From a virus, in IMG/VR virus record IMGVR_UViG_3300045988_067909: 64,000 bases of DNA; one strand, written 5' to 3'. Made by a program: the position numbers and the translations under genes. This document shows, piece after piece, positions 47,111 to 56,810 of the stretch (within the stretch, counting starts at the first letter, position 1; every line of letters starts with the position of its first letter). Under the pieces are notes generated by a model, which had not been told where the DNA came from, made no database searches, and saw only the letters and a list, made by a program, of their open reading frames with translations.

Positions 47111-48790
47111 ATGGCAGATAAACTTAGAGGAGATCATTTAGAGGTCTCTTTATTAGATATGGATGACTTCGTAAAGAAGAATAATCTACAACCTATAACG
47201 AATCCTATATTTTTTGATGTGAATGGTAATCCAACTGATGATGGATTACTATCTAATATCATCTTTGGTATTACTAAGCAAACACGTGCTGGTACTTTTG
47301 CTTATATTGATTTACATGGTAGATTCTTAGCACCATTGGTATACAAGATCTGGGGTAAGATTGATCGTAAACTAAAAGAAATTGTTAAAGGTACTAAGTT
47401 CTTTAAAATAGATTCGGATGGTCAATTTGTTGAAGATGAGAATGGTGAAACTGGTTTAGACTTCTTATATAAGAATATAGACAAGGTTAAGTTTAGAGAG
47501 ACTGGTTCTACTAAACGTAGTCGTTTTATTAAGTTCTTAGAACGTAACCGTAAGAACTTCTTCATTACTAAACTATTAATCATTCCACCATACTATCGTG
47601 ACGTTAAAAGTGATGGTGGTAAAGTCTCAGTTGGTGATATTAATAAGCTATACCAAAACGTATTAGTATCAGCTAAGTCTTTAGAAGAATCTAAATACTA
47701 TGGTATTAATATCGGTGATGCTAATAAGGGACGTATACAAGACTTACTATTAGAAATCTATAACTGGTTTGGCTCTGGTACAGAGTCTAATCCTAATGGT
47801 GGTATTCCTGGTAAGTTTGGTGTATTACGTCGTACTAATATTAGTAAGACTACAGACTATGCTACACGTTTAGTTATGTCTTCTCCAAATCTTAAAGTTG
47901 AAAATCTTGAAGATATCGAAGCTAACTTAGAATACTCAGTATTACCAATGACTTCAGCTGCAGCTAACTTCTTCCCATTTGTATTATTCCATATGAGAAG
48001 ATTCTTTGAAGAGCAATTTGCTGGACGTACAGTATACGAATGTATTGGTTCCAAGGGTGAAGTCTTATATCCTAGAATAGATGATTGGCAAACGTATTTC
48101 AATGATCTAGTTCTTAAGAAAGAGTTAGACCGTTTCATTCATGGTTATTCTGATAGATTTAGACCAATAGAAGCACCTATTAGTTCTAAAGAGATGGAAC
48201 GTATTGGTTATAAGGGTAAAACTTTATACATGAAATTTAAAGCACGTTTTAAACGAGTTGAAGATATTGCTGAAGATAAAGATTCTGGTGTAGCAAAAGA
48301 GCTTCAACGTAAACTAACTTGGTGTGATGTAATCTTTATGGCTGCTACAGAAGCTATAAAAGATAAAATGATTCTTATATCACGTTTCCCTATAGATACA
48401 TTCTATAACCAGTTCTCTACTAAATGTAAATTATCATCTACTATTGAAACTGAAAGTATAGAATTTGATGGTAAGTTCTATAAGAACTATCCTAAGATTC
48501 GTGATGAATACATTGGCACTAATACTGCAAATAAGTTTATTGATACAATGAATATCTGTAATGCTTATTTGGAATCTATTGGTGGTGACTATGATGGTGA
48601 TATGGTAACCATCAAAGGCATATTCACAGATGAAGCTAACGCTGAACTTAAAAAGCAACTAGAGTCTAATGTCCATTTTATTGACTTAGGTTGTAAAGCA
48701 GTAATAGCTAATACTAACGAATGTATCCAAGCATTGTTCTCTTTAACTATGACATTAGATGGGGATGTACTTACTGACCCTAAATTTTAA
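47111..48790 (+). CDS. multisubunit RNA polymerase beta-prime-like subunit, N-terminal portion (split beta-prime)
   Basis: GGIPGKFGVLRRTNISKTTDYATRLVMSSP parallels beta-prime [27 protein letters not shown]; catalytic-site-like IGGDYDGDMVTIKG (compare NADFDGDQM); ATG at 47111 after GGAGG. Confidence 0.8.
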   Translation: MADKLRGDHLEVSLLDMDDFVKKNNLQPITNPIFFDVNGNPTDDGLLSNIIFGITKQTRAGTFAYIDLHGRFLAPLVYKIWGKIDRKLKEIVKGTKFFKIDSDGQFVEDENGETGLDFLYKNIDKVKFRETGSTKRSRFIKFLERNRKNFFITKLLIIPPYYRDVKSDGGKVSVGDINKLYQNVLVSAKSLEESKYYGINIGDANKGRIQDLLLEIYNWFGSGTESNPNGGIPGKFGVLRRTNISKTTDYATRLVMSSPNLKVENLEDIEANLEYSVLPMTSAAANFFPFVLFHMRRFFEEQFAGRTVYECIGSKGEVLYPRIDDWQTYFNDLVLKKELDRFIHGYSDRFRPIEAPISSKEMERIGYKGKTLYMKFKARFKRVEDIAEDKDSGVAKELQRKLTWCDVIFMAATEAIKDKMILISRFPIDTFYNQFSTKCKLSSTIETESIEFDGKFYKNYPKIRDEYIGTNTANKFIDTMNICNAYLESIGGDYDGDMVTIKGIFTDEANAELKKQLESNVHFIDLGCKAVIANTNECIQALFSLTMTLDGDVLTDPKF

Positions 48791-48800
48791 CAAAAGAAAT

Positions 48801-48836
48801 CCCAGTATAGTCAATGACTATACTGGGTATATTTTA
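48801..48836. terminator. bidirectional terminator
   Basis: CCCAGTATAGTCAATGACTATACTGGG + TATATTTTACATT. Confidence 0.65.
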
Positions 48837-49193
48837 CATTCTTTTACGTTTATTGCCATTGAGTAATCCATTAATTTGTGTAATAGTAGTCTTCTGTACA
48901 TTAATAGCTTTGAAGTATTCTTTATTGATTTCTTCAAACTCTTTACTTCTAGGGTCTAGTATATTCATAAAATTACGGAATAACCCAACAAACGTCACTT
49001 TTGCAGAATATCGTTGGTTTTTAAACCAAGCAGATGTTTTAGCTGATTGATATACATTCATAAGATATTCAAGTTTTTCAAACTTATTATCTTGGCAAGC
49101 TTTCCATCCCTCATTTATAGTCTGAGCATATTCAAACTTGCCACAGTCTGCAATGAAATATATCAAATCGTCTATTCTAGATAAATTTGCCAT
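48834..49193 (-). CDS. hypothetical protein
   Basis: 119 aa ORF downstream of polymerase C-part on minus strand. Confidence 0.45.
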   Translation of the reverse strand: MANLSRIDDLIYFIADCGKFEYAQTINEGWKACQDNKFEKLEYLMNVYQSAKTSAWFKNQRYSAKVTFVGLFRNFMNILDPRSKEFEEINKEYFKAINVQKTTITQINGLLNGNKRKRM

Positions 49194-49208
49194 GCAACAC
49201 AGTTCCCT

Positions 49209-51272
49209 TTAAATAGTTATAATATTAGTATAGTTTACATTTTCCTTTTCGAATCTAGTTATACCAATAGACTCTAATGGGAAGTTCTTGATATTGGTAT
49301 TGATGATTTCAAAATAATCAGCATAGTCTAATACCCAGCTTGGTAAGTGTTCATCTGCTGGTACTGCAACGGCAAGTATCTCTCCCTTATACGTTGCTCT
49401 ATTATTATCAAAGAACTTAATAAGTCTTTCATATACCGCAGGATTAGACTGCTGTAATTCACCAATGTTTTTCTCTCTAATATTAACTTTAAGTATCTCT
49501 AAATAGTTTCTGCTATCTAAATCTATTGGTTCAGTACCCTCATCACGAATAGCTTCATTATACGCAATAGCTGCTTTAATACCTTGTATTCTCATAGGGT
49601 CTGCATATGAAGATATAGATTTTACAGATACTGGTTTGTAATAGTCTTTCTCTCCAGACTTGATACTATCATGGATATTTTTTTCAATCTTAGCTAGTAA
49701 ACCAATAACTTCTAATTGGTCTACTTCAGGTTTAAGTAATACTTTCTCTCTAAGTATTCCTTGAAGCTCATCTTTAATACTGTCTTTAAATACAGACTTA
49801 TTGATAGGAAGACCTTTAATATCCATTTGCTTATTCTTAGGTACTATATTACCCTCTTGAAGCTCTTGGATTGTAGCGTAGTTCTTCTTAGCTGGTGTAA
49901 GTAATGCACGTTTAAATAAGAACTCATTCTTCATGTCAATAAGACATACCTTGTATGGTGTCAAAGTATTATACTGCTCAGCAATAAGATGGAAATGAGA
50001 TTTAAGAATCTTACTTACGATATAGCATAAGATATTTACACTGGAAATGCGTACTGCATCATAACCCTCGGTAATCTTAGTCTCTTCTTCCACTTCTTCG
50101 ATTTCATCAGTATAGAAGTTGTATAACTCTTTTCTCTCTTTAGTTACAACTTCCTTGAGGTCATTGACTAATGTACAATCATGGTCTACTAAGATATTAT
50201 CTACAAGATGAATCCATTTATCTGTACTAATTACAGAAGAATCTGTATCTGTAAGTAATACGATATCCCTAGTCATAGTAGAGCATCTTTCAAACTTATC
50301 AGATACAATGTATCTCATATAACACCATTCCATAAATATAGTTGTAAGTTTATTTAGACTTTCAACTATATTCTCTGGTGGTTCATTAGGGTTCATAAAT
50401 GGTTCATTAATACCACTAAAGATATTCTTAATTAAGTCTTGTACGTGAGATGAATCAACTACAAGTCTATATAAGTTATTCTTATAGTATATCTTATTAA
50501 GTACTTCTTGAGATTGATACATCAAGATATTCCAAATGATATCACTATACTTACTGAAATGCTCTTCTGTATCATTAACCCATACGCCACAAGACTCTAT
50601 AACTTTCTTATAGACTTCTTCTATAGGTATATCTCTAGACAACTCTAGTTCTCTACTATAGATATGAGATGGTTCTTTAATAATCCTATTCAAGAATACT
50701 ACAGCTTCATCTATATTCTGGAACTTAAGATTATTAGTGAAGATTTGTTCAAATAAACTAATAGCATGAGTAATAAGCATACGACCTGTAGCTGTAGTCC
50801 CTACTGCAACGTATAAGTTATATGATGCTGATGCTGGTGAACCAATATCACCATATGTAGCATTACCATCACGTTTAGCTAATAGCTGTAATAGATTATA
50901 CTTATTAAATTCATCTGAACCCTTAGGGAATTCAAACATCTTCTTCTTATAAGCTTTACGTTTAGTTACATAAGACTCTAATAGTCTGTAGAATGGTGTA
51001 AACCCCTCTTCGTGTTGTTTAAACAAACACCCATTAGGAACTAAGATAGGTTTATCTGTCTCTATCTTATTAACTAAATCAGTTAACTGTAAGTCAACTA
51101 CAATATCTTTATAGTTATTATCTATACGTACATCTGGATTATTAAACTTCCGTTCAATAGCATCTTCAATGAAGAACTGTATTTCATCTATAGTCAATGT
51201 CGGGAACTGCATACGTAATAACGTAGTCATTTCCTCTTTGTATTTCTTAATCACATTCAAATCTAGTTTCAT
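49209..51272 (-). CDS. family-B DNA polymerase, C-terminal part (motifs B and C, thumb)
   Basis: Motif B LLAKRDGNATYGDIG (KxxxNAxYG), motif C VLLTDTDSSV (DTDS), KKNY (KKRY-like); begins where the 18614 gene stops. Confidence 0.85.
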   Translation of the reverse strand: MKLDLNVIKKYKEEMTTLLRMQFPTLTIDEIQFFIEDAIERKFNNPDVRIDNNYKDIVVDLQLTDLVNKIETDKPILVPNGCLFKQHEEGFTPFYRLLESYVTKRKAYKKKMFEFPKGSDEFNKYNLLQLLAKRDGNATYGDIGSPASASYNLYVAVGTTATGRMLITHAISLFEQIFTNNLKFQNIDEAVVFLNRIIKEPSHIYSRELELSRDIPIEEVYKKVIESCGVWVNDTEEHFSKYSDIIWNILMYQSQEVLNKIYYKNNLYRLVVDSSHVQDLIKNIFSGINEPFMNPNEPPENIVESLNKLTTIFMEWCYMRYIVSDKFERCSTMTRDIVLLTDTDSSVISTDKWIHLVDNILVDHDCTLVNDLKEVVTKERKELYNFYTDEIEEVEEETKITEGYDAVRISSVNILCYIVSKILKSHFHLIAEQYNTLTPYKVCLIDMKNEFLFKRALLTPAKKNYATIQELQEGNIVPKNKQMDIKGLPINKSVFKDSIKDELQGILREKVLLKPEVDQLEVIGLLAKIEKNIHDSIKSGEKDYYKPVSVKSISSYADPMRIQGIKAAIAYNEAIRDEGTEPIDLDSRNYLEILKVNIREKNIGELQQSNPAVYERLIKFFDNNRATYKGEILAVAVPADEHLPSWVLDYADYFEIINTNIKNFPLESIGITRFEKENVNYTNIITI

Positions 51273-51444
51273 AGCTCATACCTCCTGGTTAGTTTGGTGT
51301 TTTAAGCTATGTATTTTTGTATTTTTAAACCAGATTGCTAGCTATAGCTATAACAATACAGTAATCGTGGTTACCAAAACCATATAAATCCAAGAAAAAT
51401 ATTTTTCTTTTAAATCAATTCTTAATATTAAGGAGGATTATCTC

Positions 51445-51882
51445 ATGTTTTTTGATGACGACATTATGTTAGAAGACGCTCCTGTACTTGAAGATACAGC
51501 ACAAAGCGTAGTTGAAGCTACTGCAGCATCTTACTTGTACACTGAGCTTGCTAAATTGGATGACGAAGCTCGTAAAGAATTCGTTGAATCCGCTGAAGCT
51601 GAAGCTTTATTGGAAAAAGCAGTTCTTAACAAAAAGACTATGGTTCGTTTGTCCCGTCAAGATGATATGGCTCGCCGTGTAAAAATCGCTGCTTATCAAT
51701 TGGCTAAAGACAAAAAAGATCCATTATGGACTAAATTGGTTCTTAACCGTGTTAAAGAACGTCAACTTATTGCTAAGATTGTTCAAAAATACCACAATGC
51801 AGCAGTTAAACTTGCTAAAGTTGGTCAACGTGAATTCATCAAATCCGCATCCAAAGTTAAAGCATTACCTAATAAAAAATAA
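51445..51882 (+). CDS. hypothetical alpha-helical protein with highly-expressed codon usage
   Basis: 145 aa; Ala/Lys/Glu-rich; uses CGT, GCT, TTC, AAC almost exclusively; AAGGAGGA RBS. Confidence 0.55.
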   Translation: MFFDDDIMLEDAPVLEDTAQSVVEATAASYLYTELAKLDDEARKEFVESAEAEALLEKAVLNKKTMVRLSRQDDMARRVKIAAYQLAKDKKDPLWTKLVLNRVKERQLIAKIVQKYHNAAVKLAKVGQREFIKSASKVKALPNKK

Positions 51883-51893
51883 TCACAAAGTAT

Positions 51894-51930
51894 CCACTAT
51901 AGGGCACTGCCCTATAGTGGGTATTTTGCC
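51894..51930 (+). terminator. intrinsic terminator
   Basis: CCACTATAGGGCACTGCCCTATAGTGG + GTATTTTGCC. Confidence 0.6.
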
Positions 51931-51960
51931 TATAAAAATCAACAACGTTCCGGACATATA

Positions 51961-52003
51961 AATGTATATTATAGTAGTAGTAATATACATGGTTTATTTT
52001 ATA
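51961..52003 (+). promoter_or_regulatory. promoter-like module copy (B element with 3-nt insertion)
   Basis: AATGTATATTATAGTAGTAGTAATATACATGGTTTATTTTAT aligns with AGTTGTATACTATAATGGTAATATCATGGTTATATATTTAT. Confidence 0.5.
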
Positions 52004-52016
52004 AGGAGGAGCGTTT

Positions 52017-54143
52017 ATGAATAACCTAGCTAATTACGGTATCTATGCTGACTATGTCTTAGGTAAAGATATAGTCATAGACGTAGAAAAAATTAATATA
52101 TATAATTGGGAATCTCACTACCAAAGCATTCTAAATATCCTGAAAGATATGATTGAATCTGAATTAGTGAGAACTAAAAAGATTGGTGTACGGATTGGTG
52201 GTAAAGTTATTAAACTCACATTCGCACACTATATGATTAATATGATCTTCTGGAATATCATCGTTAAAGTCGGTGATACTATTAAACCAGAACACTTATT
52301 CTTCGATAACTGTATTCCTGGTAGAGCTATCGAAAGCTATATTAATAAACTTATCATTGGTCCATATAGAGAAATTATTCCATTGAAGACTTTGAATCAA
52401 GCTATTGCTGATATGATATTCAATATTAGTTTCGTGGACCAATTTGCACCATTCTTCGTTAATAGTGTAAACTTACATGACGAAGTTATGATGCTTAAGA
52501 ATATTCCTGAATATAGAAACCTTATCTATCCTAACTTAGATGAGGTAACTTTATCTGAATCTAAGTCTTATGGTAATAAGTTAATTGATAAGATTCAGGA
52601 TTATGTAAAGAACTCTAAGAAGTATATTGGATATGACCATATCTATGCTAATGCTTTTAGAGCAAAAGAAACTATCAACCTTAAACAGTTGAGAGAGTTT
52701 ATGGGATTCATTGGCGCTAAGCCAGATGGTGAGGGTGGTGTATATCCATACATTATCTCCAATAGCTTTATTACTGGTGGTGTAAATAATAATGTATCCT
52801 ATTTCATTGAATCTGCTGGTGGACGTATTGCCCAAATCTTAGCTAAAGATAACGTTGGTGATGCAGGTTACTTTGCACGTCTTCTTGGTCTATTAGCTCA
52901 AGAAAGTTATCTCCATGAAGATAAGAACTTCAAATGTGATACTCAAAACTTAATACCTATTACGTTTGATAATAAAGTCTTCTTCGATAAGTATATAGAC
53001 AGATGGTGTCGTCTAGAGCCTAATGGTTTTGATGTACTTATTACTGAAGATAGTTGGAAAGACCTCAAGGGTAAAACTGTATATCTATATAGTCCAGCTA
53101 CATGTGCATCTGCTGTACATGGTCATGGTATTTGCTATCGTTGTTATGGTAAGTTAGCTCATACTAATAATAATATCAATATCGGTAAATTCGCTGCAGA
53201 ACTTATCAGTAGAGAGTTTACTCAAGTACTATTATCAGCTAAGCATCTTCTTGAAGTTAAGCTTCAAACTATTGAATGGCCTGCTAAGTTCCAAAAGTAC
53301 TTTACTATCTTTGATAACCGTATTCTTCCTAAAGAAGAAGTAGATTTATCTAAAGTCAAGATTCGTATCTATAAAGATAGTATCTCTGAAGATACTACAG
53401 ATGAAGAATACGATTCTATCCGTGAAGAACGTGAAGATACTGATATCTTAAATGAATATATCGATAAGTTCATGATCATCGATGAAGATGGCGGTGAAGA
53501 AATCGATATAGACCATGTATCCAAGTTCTATCTTGGTGATATCTTTGGTAGAATGGTTAACTCTAGTATTCCTGATGATGATAGTGAGTATTTCGATGTA
53601 CGATTACATGTGGCTAAGAAGAATGCTAAACCATTATTGAATGAAGAAACTCCATTATTCTTTATGCGTATTCAAAATAACGAATTAGCTAAAACAATGG
53701 AACAAGCTCAACGTATTATCAATATTGCAAGTATAACTCCTAAGTTTACATTACCTGAAATCATTACTAAGTTTAACGCTACCATCATCGAGGGTGGTCT
53801 TAATGTAATGAGTGTACATACTGAAGTTATCATTGCTAACTTAGTTAGAGCGGCTGATGATATTATGGGTAAACCTGATTGGTCTTATCCTGAAGCCAAG
53901 TATCAATTACTTGCATTAAGCACAGCATTGAGAGAAAATCCATCATTGATTATCTCTTTAGCTTATGAACGTATTAAAGATACATTGAAGAACCCTAATA
54001 CATTCTTAAAAGAAACCCCATCTTCTATAGATTACTATTACATGCTTAATCCTCAAGAGTTCTTAAACCAAGAAGCTAGAGACTTGTCTATAGATGATAC
54101 TAAGAAAGAAGTCAAGAGCATGTTTGTTAAAGTTGAAGACTAA
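52017..54143 (+). CDS. multisubunit RNA polymerase beta-prime-like subunit, C-terminal portion
   Basis: CASAVHGHGICYRCYGKLAHTNNNINIGKFAAELISREFTQVLLSAKH parallels beta-prime ..C..[40 protein letters not shown] (trigger-loop region). Confidence 0.75.
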   Translation: MNNLANYGIYADYVLGKDIVIDVEKINIYNWESHYQSILNILKDMIESELVRTKKIGVRIGGKVIKLTFAHYMINMIFWNIIVKVGDTIKPEHLFFDNCIPGRAIESYINKLIIGPYREIIPLKTLNQAIADMIFNISFVDQFAPFFVNSVNLHDEVMMLKNIPEYRNLIYPNLDEVTLSESKSYGNKLIDKIQDYVKNSKKYIGYDHIYANAFRAKETINLKQLREFMGFIGAKPDGEGGVYPYIISNSFITGGVNNNVSYFIESAGGRIAQILAKDNVGDAGYFARLLGLLAQESYLHEDKNFKCDTQNLIPITFDNKVFFDKYIDRWCRLEPNGFDVLITEDSWKDLKGKTVYLYSPATCASAVHGHGICYRCYGKLAHTNNNINIGKFAAELISREFTQVLLSAKHLLEVKLQTIEWPAKFQKYFTIFDNRILPKEEVDLSKVKIRIYKDSISEDTTDEEYDSIREEREDTDILNEYIDKFMIIDEDGGEEIDIDHVSKFYLGDIFGRMVNSSIPDDDSEYFDVRLHVAKKNAKPLLNEETPLFFMRIQNNELAKTMEQAQRIINIASITPKFTLPEIITKFNATIIEGGLNVMSVHTEVIIANLVRAADDIMGKPDWSYPEAKYQLLALSTALRENPSLIISLAYERIKDTLKNPNTFLKETPSSIDYYYMLNPQEFLNQEARDLSIDDTKKEVKSMFVKVED

Positions 54144-54150
54144 AGAAACT

Positions 54151-54181
54151 ATACAGTATGGGAGCTATTCCCATACTGTAT
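54151..54181 (+). repeat. palindrome ATACAGTATGGGAGCTATTCCCATACTGTAT (near-copy of hairpin at 514-548)
   Basis: Arms identical to the 514-548 hairpin; weak T-tail, sits 20 nt before helicase start. Confidence 0.55.
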
Positions 54182-54200
54182 TCTCTTTAAAGGAGGTATT

Positions 54201-55781
54201 ATGAGAGCTATAATACGAAATACCTGTATAGTAGTTACTGATTATACTCCAGGTAAAGTACCTGGGTTAGAAAAGTACTTTACTATCTTCGATCCTTTGA
54301 CTCATACATATAAATACGTAGGAGTTAGGTTTGACGAAGAGAAGAAACTTATGTATCTCCCTAGAGGGGTTGATACAGGATTTATAGCTAGAACTTTAGG
54401 TGTAGAAATGGAACGTGAGTACAATAGTGATCCATATGAGCAGACTACTATGACCACTATTAAGTATATGCCTAGAGATGATGTACAAAAAGAGGCTTTA
54501 AGATTCATTCTAGCTAAGGGTGAATACATGGCCAATAGTAATAGGACACAGTTATCGGTAAACTTAAATACTGGTGCTGGTAAAACCTATGTAACTATAG
54601 CAGCTATGGCATATTGGAATATAAAGATATGCGTAATTGCCTCAAATAAGGCATGGTTAGAACAGTGGCAAAACTGTGTAGCAGAATATACCAATACCGA
54701 CATTAGGGAGGTACTGATAATCACTGGTGCAGCTGCTATACACAAGATTCTTAAAGGATTTACCGACCTATCTAAGTATAAAGCATTCATGGTAACTCAT
54801 TCTACACTAAAGAACTTTGGTGAACGATTTGGATGGGATTCTATAGGTGAACTATTCAAGAAGCTTAATGTATATATGAAAGTATTCGATGAAGCACATC
54901 TTAACTTTGAGAATATTGCTAGTATAGACTATGCTACAAATACAAAGAAGACTTTATATCTTACAGCTACACCTATACGGAGTAATAGTGATGAGAATAC
55001 TATCTATAAACTATACTTTAAGAATGTACCTAAGATAGACTTGTTTGATGCTGATAATGATCCACATACAAGATACCATGCTATACTGTATAATAGCAGA
55101 CCGACTCCACAGATGAGAGCTAACTGTTATAATTACATGTATGGCTTAGACCGTAATAAATATATGAACTCATTAGTCAATACTGAAGAGTTTAGAAAGA
55201 TTATGCTTGTTATGATGGATAAGATTCTTCGTATAGGCGGTAAAGTCTTAGTATATATTGGGACTAACCAAGCTATTGAAGAGATTAAAGTCTGGATAGA
55301 AGAGAACTATCCAGAGTATCGTGGTGATGTGGGTATATTTACATCCACATATACACAAGCAGAGAAGCAAGTTGCACTATCTAAGACTATCATTCTCTCT
55401 ACAACTAAGTCAGCTGGCGCTGCTTTAGATATACGTGGTCTTAAGGCTACATTTGTATTAAATGAACCATTTAAGTCTGAAGTATTAGCTAGACAAACCC
55501 TAGGCAGAACTAGAAATGATGATACTGACTATATTGAGTTTGTAGATACAGGATTTACATCTACTAGACAGTATTATAGAGCTAAGAAACCTATATTTAA
55601 GAAATATGCTTCAGATTGTAAAGAAATCCAACTAGATTTCAATACATTGAATAATAAAGCTGAAGAACTTGAGTTAATTCGTGAGAATGTAAAAGCTCAA
55701 TATGAAGCAAAACGTATGTTTATAGACTATCGAGATACATTCGATATAAATAGCGTATATAAGAAAGATAAAGACAAATAA
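54201..55781 (+). CDS. SF2 DEAH-box helicase
   Basis: Motif I NTGAGKTYV, motif II VFDEAHLNF, motif III LTATP, motif VI QTLGRTRN. Confidence 0.8.
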   Translation: MRAIIRNTCIVVTDYTPGKVPGLEKYFTIFDPLTHTYKYVGVRFDEEKKLMYLPRGVDTGFIARTLGVEMEREYNSDPYEQTTMTTIKYMPRDDVQKEALRFILAKGEYMANSNRTQLSVNLNTGAGKTYVTIAAMAYWNIKICVIASNKAWLEQWQNCVAEYTNTDIREVLIITGAAAIHKILKGFTDLSKYKAFMVTHSTLKNFGERFGWDSIGELFKKLNVYMKVFDEAHLNFENIASIDYATNTKKTLYLTATPIRSNSDENTIYKLYFKNVPKIDLFDADNDPHTRYHAILYNSRPTPQMRANCYNYMYGLDRNKYMNSLVNTEEFRKIMLVMMDKILRIGGKVLVYIGTNQAIEEIKVWIEENYPEYRGDVGIFTSTYTQAEKQVALSKTIILSTTKSAGAALDIRGLKATFVLNEPFKSEVLARQTLGRTRNDDTDYIEFVDTGFTSTRQYYRAKKPIFKKYASDCKEIQLDFNTLNNKAEELELIRENVKAQYEAKRMFIDYRDTFDINSVYKKDKDK

Positions 55782-55787
55782 AGGATT

Positions 55788-55822
55788 CCGATATAGGCAA
55801 TGCCTATATCGGATTTTTGTTA
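55788..55822 (+). terminator. intrinsic terminator (TATAGGCAATGCCTATA family)
   Basis: CCGATATAGGCAATGCCTATATCGG + ATTTTTGTT. Confidence 0.7.
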
Positions 55823-55833
55823 TCTAAGACTTT

Positions 55834-55885
55834 TTCAATTGTATACTATATTGGTAATAGTGATTATGTATATTTATTTTAATTT
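55834..55885 (+). promoter_or_regulatory. promoter-like module copy (B element)
   Basis: TTCAATTGTATACTATATTGGTAATAGTGATTATGTATATTTATTTTAATTT. Confidence 0.55.
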
Positions 55886-55904
55886 CCACAAGGAGGGACC
55901 TATC

Positions 55905-56708
55905 ATGAGAACTATTAATTTTAGAACAGACGCTTCCCGTTACGATGTTGCAGATTTATCCTTAGCAACTGGTCTTACCATTAGTGAGTTAATGATTAAT
56001 GCAGATAAGCATTATGAAAAAACTTGCAAGGCCTTAATGAAAAAGGTCGTTACTAAAGACTTAGCGAAGGAAATCTTCAAAAACATCAAAAAAGGAAAAC
56101 TTACCAATATCCACGATATTGGTAATGCATTCTATGTAATGGGTGCACTTAGTTCCAAACCAAAGAAAGATAAGCTATTAGTAATTAAAGATTTACTAGT
56201 AAAATATCTTTCCATCTATTACAATAAACGTACTGATAAATACGGTATTGTAAAAGATGAGGACATCGCAGCGTTGCTCGATGTCTGTGGTGAAACCAAA
56301 ATTGTAGTAGCTAAGAAAGCTAAAACTAATAACAATGATGGTGAAGCCAAAAAACAACACACAGTATCCGATACAACAAAAGCTTATAATAAATTAAATA
56401 AGCTAATCAACTTAAAATCTATTAAAAAAGATGTAGTTGATGTATTGGTGAAAACTGTGAATAAGGATGCATATAAACGCATCCAAACCCAAGCTGATAG
56501 TCTTGGTAAAGATCAAAGATTCTTCTTCAATAAGAAGGAGTCTGATCTTAAAAATGGTGTTTTGATTCTTCAAGGTCTTAATGACGCTGGTGAACGTTTC
56601 AATATTAAATTGGAACTCCCTAAAGCTAATAAACCAGCGAAGAAACAAGAACAACCAAAACAAGAAACAGCTACAGTAGAAACAGAATCTACAGAAGCTT
56701 CTGCATAA
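55905..56708 (+). CDS. hypothetical Lys-rich protein, highly-expressed codon usage
   Basis: ATG at 55905 after CAAGGAGGG; 267 aa, Lys-rich with KK/KAKK tracts; CGT/TTC/AAC-biased codons. Confidence 0.55.
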   Translation: MRTINFRTDASRYDVADLSLATGLTISELMINADKHYEKTCKALMKKVVTKDLAKEIFKNIKKGKLTNIHDIGNAFYVMGALSSKPKKDKLLVIKDLLVKYLSIYYNKRTDKYGIVKDEDIAALLDVCGETKIVVAKKAKTNNNDGEAKKQHTVSDTTKAYNKLNKLINLKSIKKDVVDVLVKTVNKDAYKRIQTQADSLGKDQRFFFNKKESDLKNGVLILQGLNDAGERFNIKLELPKANKPAKKQEQPKQETATVETESTEASA

Positions 56709-56718
56709 TCACTAGGAA

Positions 56719-56753
56719 TAAAGACGGGTAACCAATCCCGTCTTTATTTTTTG
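56719..56753 (+). terminator. intrinsic terminator
   Basis: AAAGACGGGTAACCAATCCCGTCTTT + ATTTTTTGTC. Confidence 0.7.
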
Positions 56754-56810
56754 TCTTCTACAAGGACTTTAACTATCTTATGAAAGTTAATTTTTCTTGG
56801 AGGAAGCACT

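Noticed and set aside
48814-49050. 78-aa plus-strand ORF overlapping 48834-49193
   Set aside because: It is hydrophobic and low-complexity, starts inside a terminator hairpin and has no RBS. The minus-strand 119-aa ORF was preferred, although it too has low confidence.
18614-51272. Explaining the split DNA polymerase by an intron or intein
   Set aside because: The two halves are 29 kb apart on opposite strands, with complete independent RBS/start and stop signals. Neither ORF contains intein (Hint/HEN) blocks.
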